DNA of 64,000 nucleotides from a virus, in the IMG/VR virus record IMGVR_UViG_3300005254_000135; one strand, given 5' to 3'. Each line of letters begins with the position of its first letter. Within the stretch, counting starts at the first letter, position 1. Below are positions 37,175-44,758 of the stretch, piece by piece. The notes under the pieces were generated by a model that was given only the letters and a program-made list of their open reading frames with translations, was not told where the DNA came from and did not search any database. The position numbers and the translations under genes are program-made.

Positions 37175-37744
37175 ATGACCCGACGGACCTGCCAGGAGGG
37201 CGTGGCCCTGATCAAGCTCAGCGAGGGTTACGAGGCCCTGCCCTATTTCTGCGCCGGCGCCGCGCTGACCACCGGACACGGCCACGTGATCCGCGCCTCG
37301 GAGCTGGGCCTGCCCGCCCGGGATGAATTTTGGCGCGTGGTCGCGGATCTGAAAGCCCGGATCAGGGCCAAGGAGCTCCGGCCCAAGGAAGCCACCGAGC
37401 AGCTCCGGGCCTACATCCGGCGGGCCGGCCTGATCAGCATATTGACTGTGACTCCCGAGGATGCCGAGGTCCTGCTGAGGGCCGACATGGCCGAGGCCGA
37501 GGCGGCCGTGGAGCGGCTGGTCAAGAGGCCGTTAACCGACCGTCAGTTCGCCGCCCTGGTCAGCCTGGTCTACAACGTCGGCGCCGGCGAGCTGGCCAAA
37601 TCTCGGCTCCTGGAGAAGCTCAATCGCGGGGACTACCGGGGGGCGGCTGAGGAGTTCGACTGGATCCGGGCCGGCGACGAGGTGCAGCCCGGCCTGGTGA
37701 CGCGCCGGGCGGCCGAGCGGGCGATGTTCCTGGAGGCGGCATGA
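37175..37744 (+). CDS. Endolysin, phage lysozyme (GH24-like) with helical insertion
   Basis: LIKLSEG...YFCAGAALTTGHGH...QFAALVSLVYNVG...PGLVTRRAAE. Confidence 0.9.
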   Translation: MTRRTCQEGVALIKLSEGYEALPYFCAGAALTTGHGHVIRASELGLPARDEFWRVVADLKARIRAKELRPKEATEQLRAYIRRAGLISILTVTPEDAEVLLRADMAEAEAAVERLVKRPLTDRQFAALVSLVYNVGAGELAKSRLLEKLNRGDYRGAAEEFDWIRAGDEVQPGLVTRRAAERAMFLEAA

Positions 37745-37986
37745 TGATCCTCTTTACCAAGCCCGGATGTACCAAGTGCGAGGAGCTGACGGCCAGGCTC
37801 GACCTGGCCGCCCTGGGCGTCCGGGAGGTGGTCCTGACCGGCGACGACCCGGCCGCCCTGGCCGGGCTGGCCTTTCACGGCGCCGTGGACCTGGCCGAGC
37901 GGGAACTGCCCATCCTGGCCGTCGGCGACGGCGAGCTGATCAGCGGGCTGATCCCGATCCGCAAGCGGCTGGAAGGCCGCGGCTGA
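37741..37986 (+). CDS. Glutaredoxin/NrdH-like protein
   Basis: LFTKPGCTKC CxxC motif; ELPIL; ATGA overlap. Confidence 0.7.
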   Translation: MMILFTKPGCTKCEELTARLDLAALGVREVVLTGDDPAALAGLAFHGAVDLAERELPILAVGDGELISGLIPIRKRLEGRG

Positions 37987-38040
37987 ACGATGTTTCGTCT
38001 GATGGCAGGATGGGGGCAGGCTCAAGGTTTGGAGGGAACC

Positions 38041-39204
38041 ATGAGGAATCTTGTGCTTGAGCTCCAGCAGGCCAGCCGGAACGTGGCCCGGATCAGGCGG
38101 TACATGCGCCAGGTCCTGGTGATCGCCGCGGTCGAGGTCCTGGTCGGTCTGGCCCTGGTCGCGGCCCTGGCGGCCGGGGAGTCCCGGACCGGCCAAGTGA
38201 CCCGGATCATCGACGGAGACACCCTGGTAGTCGCCCACAATGGCCGCCAGGAGACGGTCCGGGTGGCCGGAATCGACTGCCCCGAACTCAGCCAGCCCTT
38301 TGGCGACCAGGCCCGCCGGGCGGCCGAGAGACTGGTTCTGGGAAAAGAGGTCAGGCTGGAGGTCCGGGCCATCGGCTATTACGGCCGGACCATCGCCCGG
38401 GTGACCCTGCCCAACGGCCGGGATCTGGCCGAGGAGCTGGTCAGGGATGGCCTAGCCTGGGCGCGCGCCCGGGTCTACCGCGACGCCGAGGCCTCGGCCA
38501 AGGGCGCCAAGCTGGGCCTTTGGTCCGGTCCTAAGCCGACCGCGCCCTGGGAGTGGCGGAATAGGAAATCACTAATTAGGGAGCTTAATTGGTATCCGGA
38601 TTATGGTAGAACCAGCCGGAATAAAAGGCTCGCGTATTTCGTGAATCACCCCTTTATCCAAAGCAAAATCAGGGCCTTTGGTCTCACCCGAATCCATAAG
38701 AGATTTTATTTCATCCATAGTGAGCTTTGTCCGCTCAACAAAGACCTTACGCATGCGTGCTTCGTCAGCATTCAAGGCAGCCAGGTGCTCAGCCAATATC
38801 GGACGTCGAATATCTATTTCTTTATAATATTGGGAAGTACCATGAAAGAGGAAGGTGGACGTGGGGGCAGCGTATCTAGTCTCGCCAGCCAAAAAAACAA
38901 TATTAGCAATGGAATTAACGCTTCCGACGTTATGAGTGGTGAGCTTTATCGGCAAGGCTCGCAATTCGTTATAGATGGTGAAACCAGATATAATATTCCC
39001 CCCCCAACTGCTGATGTGAAGGCAGACCTCTTGACCACCTTGGGCAACATATCCAGTGCAAATATCAAGCAATTCCTTGGTGCATGTTGGGTCAATCGCC
39101 GGAAAGGCAGGAAAGAAGGAAATATACAGTTTATCTGGCATCTCAATTCCCTCCTTGACTCAATAGCCTTGGGAAATGGTGAGAGAGTGGAGGGCCACCG
39201 GTGA
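38041..39204 (+). CDS. Thermonuclease (SNase) with signal/TM anchor; homology ends near 38571 and the frame then runs antisense through the ClpP gene
   Basis: IIDGDTL, RVAGIDCPE, YGRTIA, GLW...PWEWR; SD GGAGGG. Confidence 0.8.
   Translation: MRNLVLELQQASRNVARIRRYMRQVLVIAAVEVLVGLALVAALAAGESRTGQVTRIIDGDTLVVAHNGRQETVRVAGIDCPELSQPFGDQARRAAERLVLGKEVRLEVRAIGYYGRTIARVTLPNGRDLAEELVRDGLAWARARVYRDAEASAKGAKLGLWSGPKPTAPWEWRNRKSLIRELNWYPDYGRTSRNKRLAYFVNHPFIQSKIRAFGLTRIHKRFYFIHSELCPLNKDLTHACFVSIQGSQVLSQYRTSNIYFFIILGSTMKEEGGRGGSVSSLASQKNNISNGINASDVMSGELYRQGSQFVIDGETRYNIPPPTADVKADLLTTLGNISSANIKQFLGACWVNRRKGRKEGNIQFIWHLNSLLDSIALGNGERVEGHR
38572..39141 (-). CDS. Stand-alone ClpP/S14-family protease (moron)
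   Basis: ISSWGG, GSVNSIANIVFLAG (Ser), FLFHG (His), ALDKGVIHEI; AT-richer; SD AAGGAGGG. Confidence 0.85.
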   Translation of the reverse strand: MPDKLYISFFPAFPAIDPTCTKELLDICTGYVAQGGQEVCLHISSWGGNIISGFTIYNELRALPIKLTTHNVGSVNSIANIVFLAGETRYAAPTSTFLFHGTSQYYKEIDIRRPILAEHLAALNADEARMRKVFVERTKLTMDEIKSLMDSGETKGPDFALDKGVIHEIREPFIPAGSTIIRIPIKLPN

Positions 39205-39311
39205 GAGCGGCAACTCCCGCCGGCGGCCGGATGAACCCCGTAAAGATGCGCATCCGACCAGGCGTTAACCCGACCCTCCCTGCCCACGTGGGCAAGGGGG
39301 AGTATAGCACG
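39185..39311 (-). ncRNA. Conserved structured element upstream of methylase, copy 1
   Basis: Shares long identical blocks and compensatory stems with 63854-63979; TGnTATACT at 39301-39309 on the - strand. Confidence 0.6.
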
Positions 39312-39325
39312 CTAGAGGTCGGATC

Positions 39326-40129
39326 ATGCAGTCGTTCATTCCCTGGGTCGGCGGTAAAAGGTCGCTGGCTGGGCGGATCGTGTCTCTGATTCCGCGGCAT
39401 GAGGTCTATGCGGAGCCATTCATGGGCGCGGCCTGGGTATTCTTCGCCAAGCCCCGCTCGCAAGTGGAGGTCCTCAACGACTTGAACGGCGACCTGGTGA
39501 ACCTCTTCCGGGTGATCAGGGACCGGTTCCAGGATTTCTACCTGCGGCGCATCTTCCTTATTTCCGCTGAGCGGGAGTACAAAGACTTTGTCCGCCGCCT
39601 GAAAACAATGGACTGGCAGGACGACGTCGAGCGGGCCCTGATGTTCTGGTACTGCCTGAAGCAGTCCTTCGGCGCCCAGGTCGGCGGCGGCTGGGGCTTC
39701 GCCCGCACGCGCCCGCCCGAGAGCCTGGACATGGACGGCTTGAAGGAGATCCACGAGCGGCTAAAGGGGGTCTATATAAACGACCAGGCTGCGCTGGAAT
39801 GCATCCGGCGGTGGGACTCGCCGGCGACCTTCTTCTACCTGGACCCGCCCTACATGATCACCACCACCGCCAAGGGCCGAGGCTACTATCAGCACACCAT
39901 GACCTTGGACGACCACAGTCGGCTCCGGGAGGCTCTGGGCAAGATCAAAGGCCGCTGGCTGCTCAGTTATGATGACGACCCCTTGATCCGCAAGCTTTAC
40001 GAGGGCTTCACGATCATGGAACCTGAGGTCACCTACACGCTGAACAACCGCCCCGGAATCCGCCGCCGCCGGGTTTCAGAGCTCCTCATTGCCAACTATG
40101 AGTTACCCAGACCGTCCCTTGGCCGATAG
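39326..40129 (+). CDS. dam: D12-class N6-adenine DNA methyltransferase (Dam-like)
   Basis: IPWVGGK, EPFMGAAWVFF, LNDLN, YLDPPY. Confidence 0.92.
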   Translation: MQSFIPWVGGKRSLAGRIVSLIPRHEVYAEPFMGAAWVFFAKPRSQVEVLNDLNGDLVNLFRVIRDRFQDFYLRRIFLISAEREYKDFVRRLKTMDWQDDVERALMFWYCLKQSFGAQVGGGWGFARTRPPESLDMDGLKEIHERLKGVYINDQAALECIRRWDSPATFFYLDPPYMITTTAKGRGYYQHTMTLDDHSRLREALGKIKGRWLLSYDDDPLIRKLYEGFTIMEPEVTYTLNNRPGIRRRRVSELLIANYELPRPSLGR

Positions 40130-40276
40130 GTTTCTCTGGGATGGCTAACACCGCCGTTTACATACTACGTGCGGCCGCTTTGCAAACTACTTGCGGCTAC
40201 TCAGCGGTTCCGAAACCTGTCCCGATCTCTGCCCCGACCCTGGGTCTCCGCCGAGGATTACCGCAAGTTGAGGCAC

Positions 40277-40307
40277 AAAAAGGGGTCAGCGAAGACCGCT
40301 AACCCCT
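40277..40307 (-). terminator. Intrinsic terminator downstream of the tRNA fragment
   Basis: - strand reads AGGGGTTAGCG-GTCTT-CGCTGACCCCT-TTTT. Confidence 0.8.
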
Positions 40308-40316
40308 TGAAATTCT

Positions 40317-40361
40317 TGGTGCGCCCGGCAAGATTCGAACTTGCAGCCTTTGGATTCGTAG
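40317..40361 (-). tRNA. 3' half of tRNA-Arg(ACG): att-site duplication, not an intact gene
   Basis: rc = CTACGAA TCCAA AGGCT GCAAG TTCGAAT CTTGC CGGGCGC ACCA; the 5' anticodon strand and D-arm are absent. Confidence 0.9.
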
Positions 40362-40473
40362 GCTAAAAGTCTCTTGGTTTAACTAATCATTATTAAGCCA
40401 CATTAGTTACAGCACCGTGCAGCAATGTGCTGTACAAACCCCAGCCCCAGGAGCCTGAACTGAAGAAAGACGG

Positions 40474-40878
40474 CTAGGGCCCCTCCCCGTTCAGCTTGGC
40501 CTCGGGGTCGATCTTCTTGACGGCCAGTTCGAGGGCTCTCATCACCCGGCGGCCCTGGTCAAGGTGGGCGGTGGTCGCCTTGCGGAACTCCTGGAACTCG
40601 TGAAAGAGCCTGTCGTCCCTCTCCTTCACCTCAGCCCTCAGCTGAGCCCAGGCCTTGGCCTGCGCCTGGGTAGAGCCCTGCTGGCAATTCCTGCACTCCT
40701 CGCGGTGGACCACGTCCGCGGCCAGGGAGAGCCTCAGGTCGGCGGCCTGCTTCTCCAGGTCGTCGAGGCGGCTGACCTGCTTCCAGCCGATGAAGGACAG
40801 GACCGTCAGGGCTACACCCAGGGCCCCGTTGGCGATCCAGGCCCAAAATCCCGGTGAGGGCTCGTTCGAAATAGGCAC
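40474..40878 (-). CDS. TM plus coiled-coil phage protein
   Basis: N-terminal TM, coiled coil, CxxC. Confidence 0.6.
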   Translation of the reverse strand: MPISNEPSPGFWAWIANGALGVALTVLSFIGWKQVSRLDDLEKQAADLRLSLAADVVHREECRNCQQGSTQAQAKAWAQLRAEVKERDDRLFHEFQEFRKATTAHLDQGRRVMRALELAVKKIDPEAKLNGEGP

Positions 40879-40952
40879 GATCCATCCTTTCGCGAAGAAT
40901 AGCCTTGCTTGCAGTTCGCCTCTAACGCGCCCAAATCAGCATGTCTCTGCAC

Positions 40953-40981
40953 TTGACATACTATGTAACACATAGTATGTT
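40953..40981 (+). promoter_or_regulatory. higBA promoter with palindromic operator
   Basis: TTGACA-N17-TATGTT; perfect 11-bp inverted repeat ACATACTATGT-aac-ACATAGTATGT (40956-40980). Confidence 0.88.
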
Positions 40982-40987
40982 CTGAGC

Positions 40988-41272
40988 ATGATAAAGAGCT
41001 ACCGGAACAAGGCCACTGAAAAGCTGCACCTAACGGGTAAGGGTCGTTTCCTGGGGCTTGATGAGCGATTGGCGCTCCGGCGCCTTGACTACTTGGACTC
41101 GGTGGAGAGGCTGACCGACATTCCAGCCCTCAAGAGCCTTGGCTTTCACGCCCTCAAGGGCGACCGCAAGGGGCAATTCTCCATGCGGGTTAATGGCCCC
41201 TGGCGCATTTGCTTTGAGTGGCAGGAAGGCGACGTCTACAACGTCGAGATAACCGACTACCACAAGGGGTAA
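40988..41272 (+). CDS. higB: HigB toxin (RelE/ParE family)
   Basis: MIKSYRNKATEKL...HALKGDRKGQFSMRVNGPWRICFEW...VEITDYH. Confidence 0.93.
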   Translation: MIKSYRNKATEKLHLTGKGRFLGLDERLALRRLDYLDSVERLTDIPALKSLGFHALKGDRKGQFSMRVNGPWRICFEWQEGDVYNVEITDYHKG

Positions 41273-41275
41273 GCC

Positions 41276-41566
41276 ATGACGGAAAAGAGAATACCAACTC
41301 ACCCCGGCGAGATTCTCCGGGACGAGCTGGTCGAGCGGGGGCTGAGCGCCAACCGCCTGGCCAGGGACCTGGGGGTGGACTCCGGCCGCATAGTCGAAAT
41401 CCTGCACGGCCGCAGGGCCATCACGGCCGACACCGCCGTGAGGCTGGCTCAGTATTTCGGCACCTCTGCCGAGGTCTGGCTGAACATGCAGCTCAAACAC
41501 GATCTGGCGGCCTTTGAGCACGAGAAGGGTGAAGCGGTCAGGAGGCAGGTCCGTCAGAGCGCTTGA
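41276..41566 (+). CDS. higA: HigA antitoxin (XRE HTH)
   Basis: HPGEILRDEL...LARDLGV...ITADTAVRLAQYFGTSAEVWLNMQ. Confidence 0.95.
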   Translation: MTEKRIPTHPGEILRDELVERGLSANRLARDLGVDSGRIVEILHGRRAITADTAVRLAQYFGTSAEVWLNMQLKHDLAAFEHEKGEAVRRQVRQSA

Positions 41567-41598
41567 AGCCGGCCAACTTGCTTAACCTGCTCTCCGGA

Positions 41599-42009
41599 TC
41601 ACGATAGCCCGACCTCTCCCACTCCGGTGTACCGCCCATCAACCCGGGCCCACCTGGCCTTCTTCCCGCGCACGTCCACGTGGATGAAGACCTCGTCCGG
41701 GTAGACGCCGATCCCGCCCCGACTGAAGGCCTCTACACGTTCGGCCAGAGCGAACATCTCCCGGACCGAGAGCCCGGGGATCCGCACGTCGGCCGCCCTG
41801 CCCTGGACGTGGAGGCTGTTCCTGGCCCCGCCCACGCGGCGGTTGCGCTCCGGGCAGCGGTAGGCGCTGGTGACGACCACCGGCCGACCGGCTAGGCGCC
41901 TGAGCTCCTCCAGGGCGGCCACCAGCCGGGGGTCGATCTCGCACCGGCCGCAACAGCGGCAGGCCAGCTCCCGCCGGCTGAAATGCTCGCTCAGTTTCTC
42001 TTCAGCCAT
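41599..42009 (-). CDS. Peptidase M15A endolysin
   Basis: LSEHFSRRELAC...TSAYRCPERN...SLHVQGRAAD...FIHVDVR. Confidence 0.92.
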   Translation of the reverse strand: MAEEKLSEHFSRRELACRCCGRCEIDPRLVAALEELRRLAGRPVVVTSAYRCPERNRRVGGARNSLHVQGRAADVRIPGLSVREMFALAERVEAFSRGGIGVYPDEVFIHVDVRGKKARWARVDGRYTGVGEVGLS

Positions 42010-42155
42010 TTCCAGGCCCTCTTGGCGTTGGCCGCAATGGGTTGCTCCACCGAGTCGATCTCGACCAGCCTCCGCCCGCCGGTGGAGAAGCGGATGTTGA
42101 GGATTGGGGCGGTGATCGTCTTGAACTTCTTCCCGATGGTCTGGAGAATGCCCAT
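41991..42155 (-). CDS. Small hypothetical lysis-region protein
   Basis: ATG 42155 after GGAG; overlaps the endolysin start. Confidence 0.35.
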   Translation of the reverse strand: MGILQTIGKKFKTITAPILNIRFSTGGRRLVEIDSVEQPIAANAKRAWKWLKRN

Positions 42156-42199
42156 CCTGGCTCCGGGGGCGCCCCCGGCCGATTGGCCGGGGGCAGCGT

Positions 42200-42517
42200 C
42201 TAGAGGGTGATCTTCAGTTGCTTGGCCACGGTCTCGACGACCTTGGTAGCGATGTCGCTTCCGGCCTGTTTGGCCATCCCGTAGGCCCACTGGACCCCGG
42301 CGACGATTCCTTCCCAGACGGGCCCGGTCTCGCCTTCCTGGACCAGTCCCTTGACCACGGCCACGAACTGGTCATCGACCTGGGTCTCGCTCTTGGCCGC
42401 CTGCTCCTCCAGCCAGGCGATGCCGTTCTCGATGCTGCCCGTCAGGTATTTCAGTCCCTGCTTGACCAGGCTCGGGATCATGGGCACCAGGACGAGCTTG
42501 GCGATCGACTGCCACAT
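42200..42517 (-). CDS. Lysis-region membrane-associated protein (holin-like)
   Basis: SD GAGGT; related to 36731-36928. Confidence 0.55.
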   Translation of the reverse strand: MWQSIAKLVLVPMIPSLVKQGLKYLTGSIENGIAWLEEQAAKSETQVDDQFVAVVKGLVQEGETGPVWEGIVAGVQWAYGMAKQAGSDIATKVVETVAKQLKITL

Positions 42518-42612
42518 GGTTCACCTCACTTTTTAGGGTTTGAGCGCTCCTGCGCTGATTGCCGGGGAAGACGGGCCGAAGGCCCGTGAGTCAGGAGAGG
42601 ATGACCGCCGCC

Positions 42613-43170
42613 TTAGGTCGGCTCCGGCCAGGTCAGGCCGTCCTGGACGGCCTGGACTTCGGCCGTGGTAGCCGCGGCCGTCACGGCCTGCTTGGCGGCC
42701 TGACGGATGGCCTCGATTTCAGGCCCCTTCGAGGCCCACAGGGCGGCCGCGGTCGCCACGATCTCCGCCTGGCGGGCCAGTGTCCGGCCGCAGGCCTCGG
42801 CTTCCTTGGCCAGCCAGGGATAGTCGGCCGGGTCGGGCTCCTGCCCAGCTGCCACGGCCGCCTGATGCGCCTTCGATTCCTCCGCCTTGGCCCGGTAGAT
42901 CGAGTCGATCCCGAGCATGTCGGTCACGTAGTCAGAGAGCAGCGTCTCAGCCTGCCGGTCGATCTCGGCCAGGGCCCCGGCGCGGGCGGCCGGAAGCGGG
43001 TCATAGCCCGACAGGGCGGCGCCCAAGGCGGTCTGGTCCACGTCCCGGACGAAAAGCCGGCCGCCGCTGTAGATGCAGCTCACCGAATCATGGGGATCCG
43101 CGCCGGCGGCCTCGGCCACTGCCGCAGCCTGATCCGGGGCGACCTCGATGTTGGCCCACGTTTCCCACAT
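42613..43170 (-). CDS. Tail fibre assembly-like protein
   Basis: Homologous to 35991-36545. Confidence 0.7.
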   Translation of the reverse strand: MWETWANIEVAPDQAAAVAEAAGADPHDSVSCIYSGGRLFVRDVDQTALGAALSGYDPLPAARAGALAEIDRQAETLLSDYVTDMLGIDSIYRAKAEESKAHQAAVAAGQEPDPADYPWLAKEAEACGRTLARQAEIVATAAALWASKGPEIEAIRQAAKQAVTAAATTAEVQAVQDGLTWPEPT

Positions 43171-43179
43171 GGCGGCCTC

Positions 43180-44154
43180 CTACTTCCTGACCCTGATCCA
43201 AAACCGGGAATCGGGATGGAGTTGGACACCGGAGGTGCCGTTCGGTTCCTCGTACATCAGCTCGAAATAGGCGCTCGCGCCGCCGAGGTCTATCCACGGC
43301 GTGATCACTGAGGTGCCGACTATGGAATACTTCCCGAGGTTGGCCTCAGCTATCCTGATGCTGCCATCCTGCCTCACGTACAGGATGCTCTCGGCGTCAG
43401 TCCCGTAGGTGGCCACGTGCCTGATGGTGCCCCCCAGCTGGGCGAAGTTATATCCGGCGGGCGCGATCAGCTGGGTTGGATTGCCGGCCGACCAGAACGT
43501 CTCCCCGGCTGCTAAACCGGTCTCCAAATGGATCGCGTCCCAGGGGATAGCGGTGGTGGCGCTTGCCGCCATCGCTTCATTCGAGGTCAACTTGACCACG
43601 CCGGTGATGAAGGAAAGCGCGCCCAGGAGAGCCGAGTGGCCGTTGTTGGCGAAGGCCGTGACCGTCGGAGTGTCGCCGGGGTCGGCCTTGGCGATGTGGT
43701 AGAGGCGCATGTTGGTCGGGCTGGACGGCCCGCCGCCTGTCCCCTCGGAGTCGGACTCGGAGCCGGTGACAAGCTCGAACTCGGGATCGAGGCTCCTCTG
43801 GATGGGATTGGCCTGCTCGTCCACCACCTCCCCGAATCCGGCCGGGAGCTTGACCCGGACGTAGCCGTCGAACCCGTCCGGAACGGCTATCTCCCGGTTG
43901 GAGATGGCGCCGGTGTCGAACACGACCCCGGCCACGGAGAACTTCTGGCCGGTGGAGATGGTCACCTTGTCGGCCGAGGCGACGCGGGCCAGGGTGTTGT
44001 CGCCGGTGTTGACGTGCGGGTAGTGCAGGATGGACCCCAGGCCGGCCGACTGGGCCGCGGCCAGGATGGCGTCGTCCTGGAGGCGGTTGACGTGGCGGGG
44101 GCTCAGGTCGTCATCGTCGGCGAAGGTCATGATGCGGTCGCTGACAACGCTCAT
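43180..44154 (-). CDS. Tail fibre / receptor-binding protein
   Basis: After the gpI-like gene; homologous to 35016-35981. Confidence 0.7.
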   Translation of the reverse strand: MSVVSDRIMTFADDDDLSPRHVNRLQDDAILAAAQSAGLGSILHYPHVNTGDNTLARVASADKVTISTGQKFSVAGVVFDTGAISNREIAVPDGFDGYVRVKLPAGFGEVVDEQANPIQRSLDPEFELVTGSESDSEGTGGGPSSPTNMRLYHIAKADPGDTPTVTAFANNGHSALLGALSFITGVVKLTSNEAMAASATTAIPWDAIHLETGLAAGETFWSAGNPTQLIAPAGYNFAQLGGTIRHVATYGTDAESILYVRQDGSIRIAEANLGKYSIVGTSVITPWIDLGGASAYFELMYEEPNGTSGVQLHPDSRFWIRVRK

Positions 44155-44164
44155 GGCGCTCCTC

Positions 44165-44758
44165 TCATCTCAGAAGGTCCAGGCCGAGCAGGGAGCGGCC
44201 CAGCTTGAAGCCCCTGAACCTGACCCGGTGGACGCAGCCTTCGGTCTTGCGCATGAAGATGGCTTCCTGGAAGTCCTGACGCTCCAGCCCCAGGGCGATG
44301 ACCCGGTCGTGATCGGCAATCAGGTCGACCAGGAAGACCCTCCTCTCGTCCTCCAGGAGCTTGCCGGGCAGCTTGGTCCGCCCCAGGCGGAAGCGCTTGC
44401 GCTGCCGGTACTCGAAGAACTCCTCGCCGGCCAGCCCGGAGCAGACCTCCTTGACCGAGGACCGGGTCCCGTCGCGCCGGCGGTTGAGCAGGGAGTCGGC
44501 GACCTTCTGCTCGCGCTCCGACCTGGAGGCCGAGGGGTCGTAGAAGTCCATGTCGGCCCGCCGCTCCCAGGCCAGCAGGTCCAGGGCGGCGTCGGACAAG
44601 CCGGAGAGGTCCAGCCGGCCCTGGACCACCGGGATGAGGACCTGGACGGCCTGGAGCTGCTCGTCCACGGCCTCGGCCGCGGCCTGGACCTTGCCGTCGC
44701 GGGTGATGCTGGAGGGCAGCAGGTCCTGGAGGCTGGTCTGGGCCAGGGCCTTACTCAT
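44165..44758 (-). CDS. P2 gpI-like tail protein
   Basis: LLPSSI...LDLLAWERR...RRRDGTRSSVK. Confidence 0.85.
   Translation of the reverse strand: MSKALAQTSLQDLLPSSITRDGKVQAAAEAVDEQLQAVQVLIPVVQGRLDLSGLSDAALDLLAWERRADMDFYDPSASRSEREQKVADSLLNRRRDGTRSSVKEVCSGLAGEEFFEYRQRKRFRLGRTKLPGKLLEDERRVFLVDLIADHDRVIALGLERQDFQEAIFMRKTEGCVHRVRFRGFKLGRSLLGLDLLR

Larger units (their letters stand above)
1..40200 (+). mobile_element. Mu-like transposable prophage (left end outside window; right end approximate)
   Basis: Transposase, MuB ATPase, Gam and GemA, then gp26-gp48-like structural genes in Mu order, ending in a DNA methylase at the mom-equivalent position. The terminal CA cannot be placed exactly (between 40130 and ~40275). 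Confidence 0.93.

Noticed and set aside
39143-39240. Peptide encoded by the antisense methylase-leader RNA
   Set aside because: The reading frames after the shared ATG are unrelated between the two copies, so the conservation is structural rather than coding.
40317-40400. Intact tRNA-Arg gene
   Set aside because: Only the anticodon loop to CCA is present; the upstream sequence cannot form the anticodon stem, D-arm or acceptor stem.
35016-44154. Diversity-generating retroelement or Mu G-type invertible fibre cassette
   Set aside because: No reverse transcriptase or invertase, no adenine-specific TR/VR pair, no gix-like sites; the two fibres belong to separate phages.
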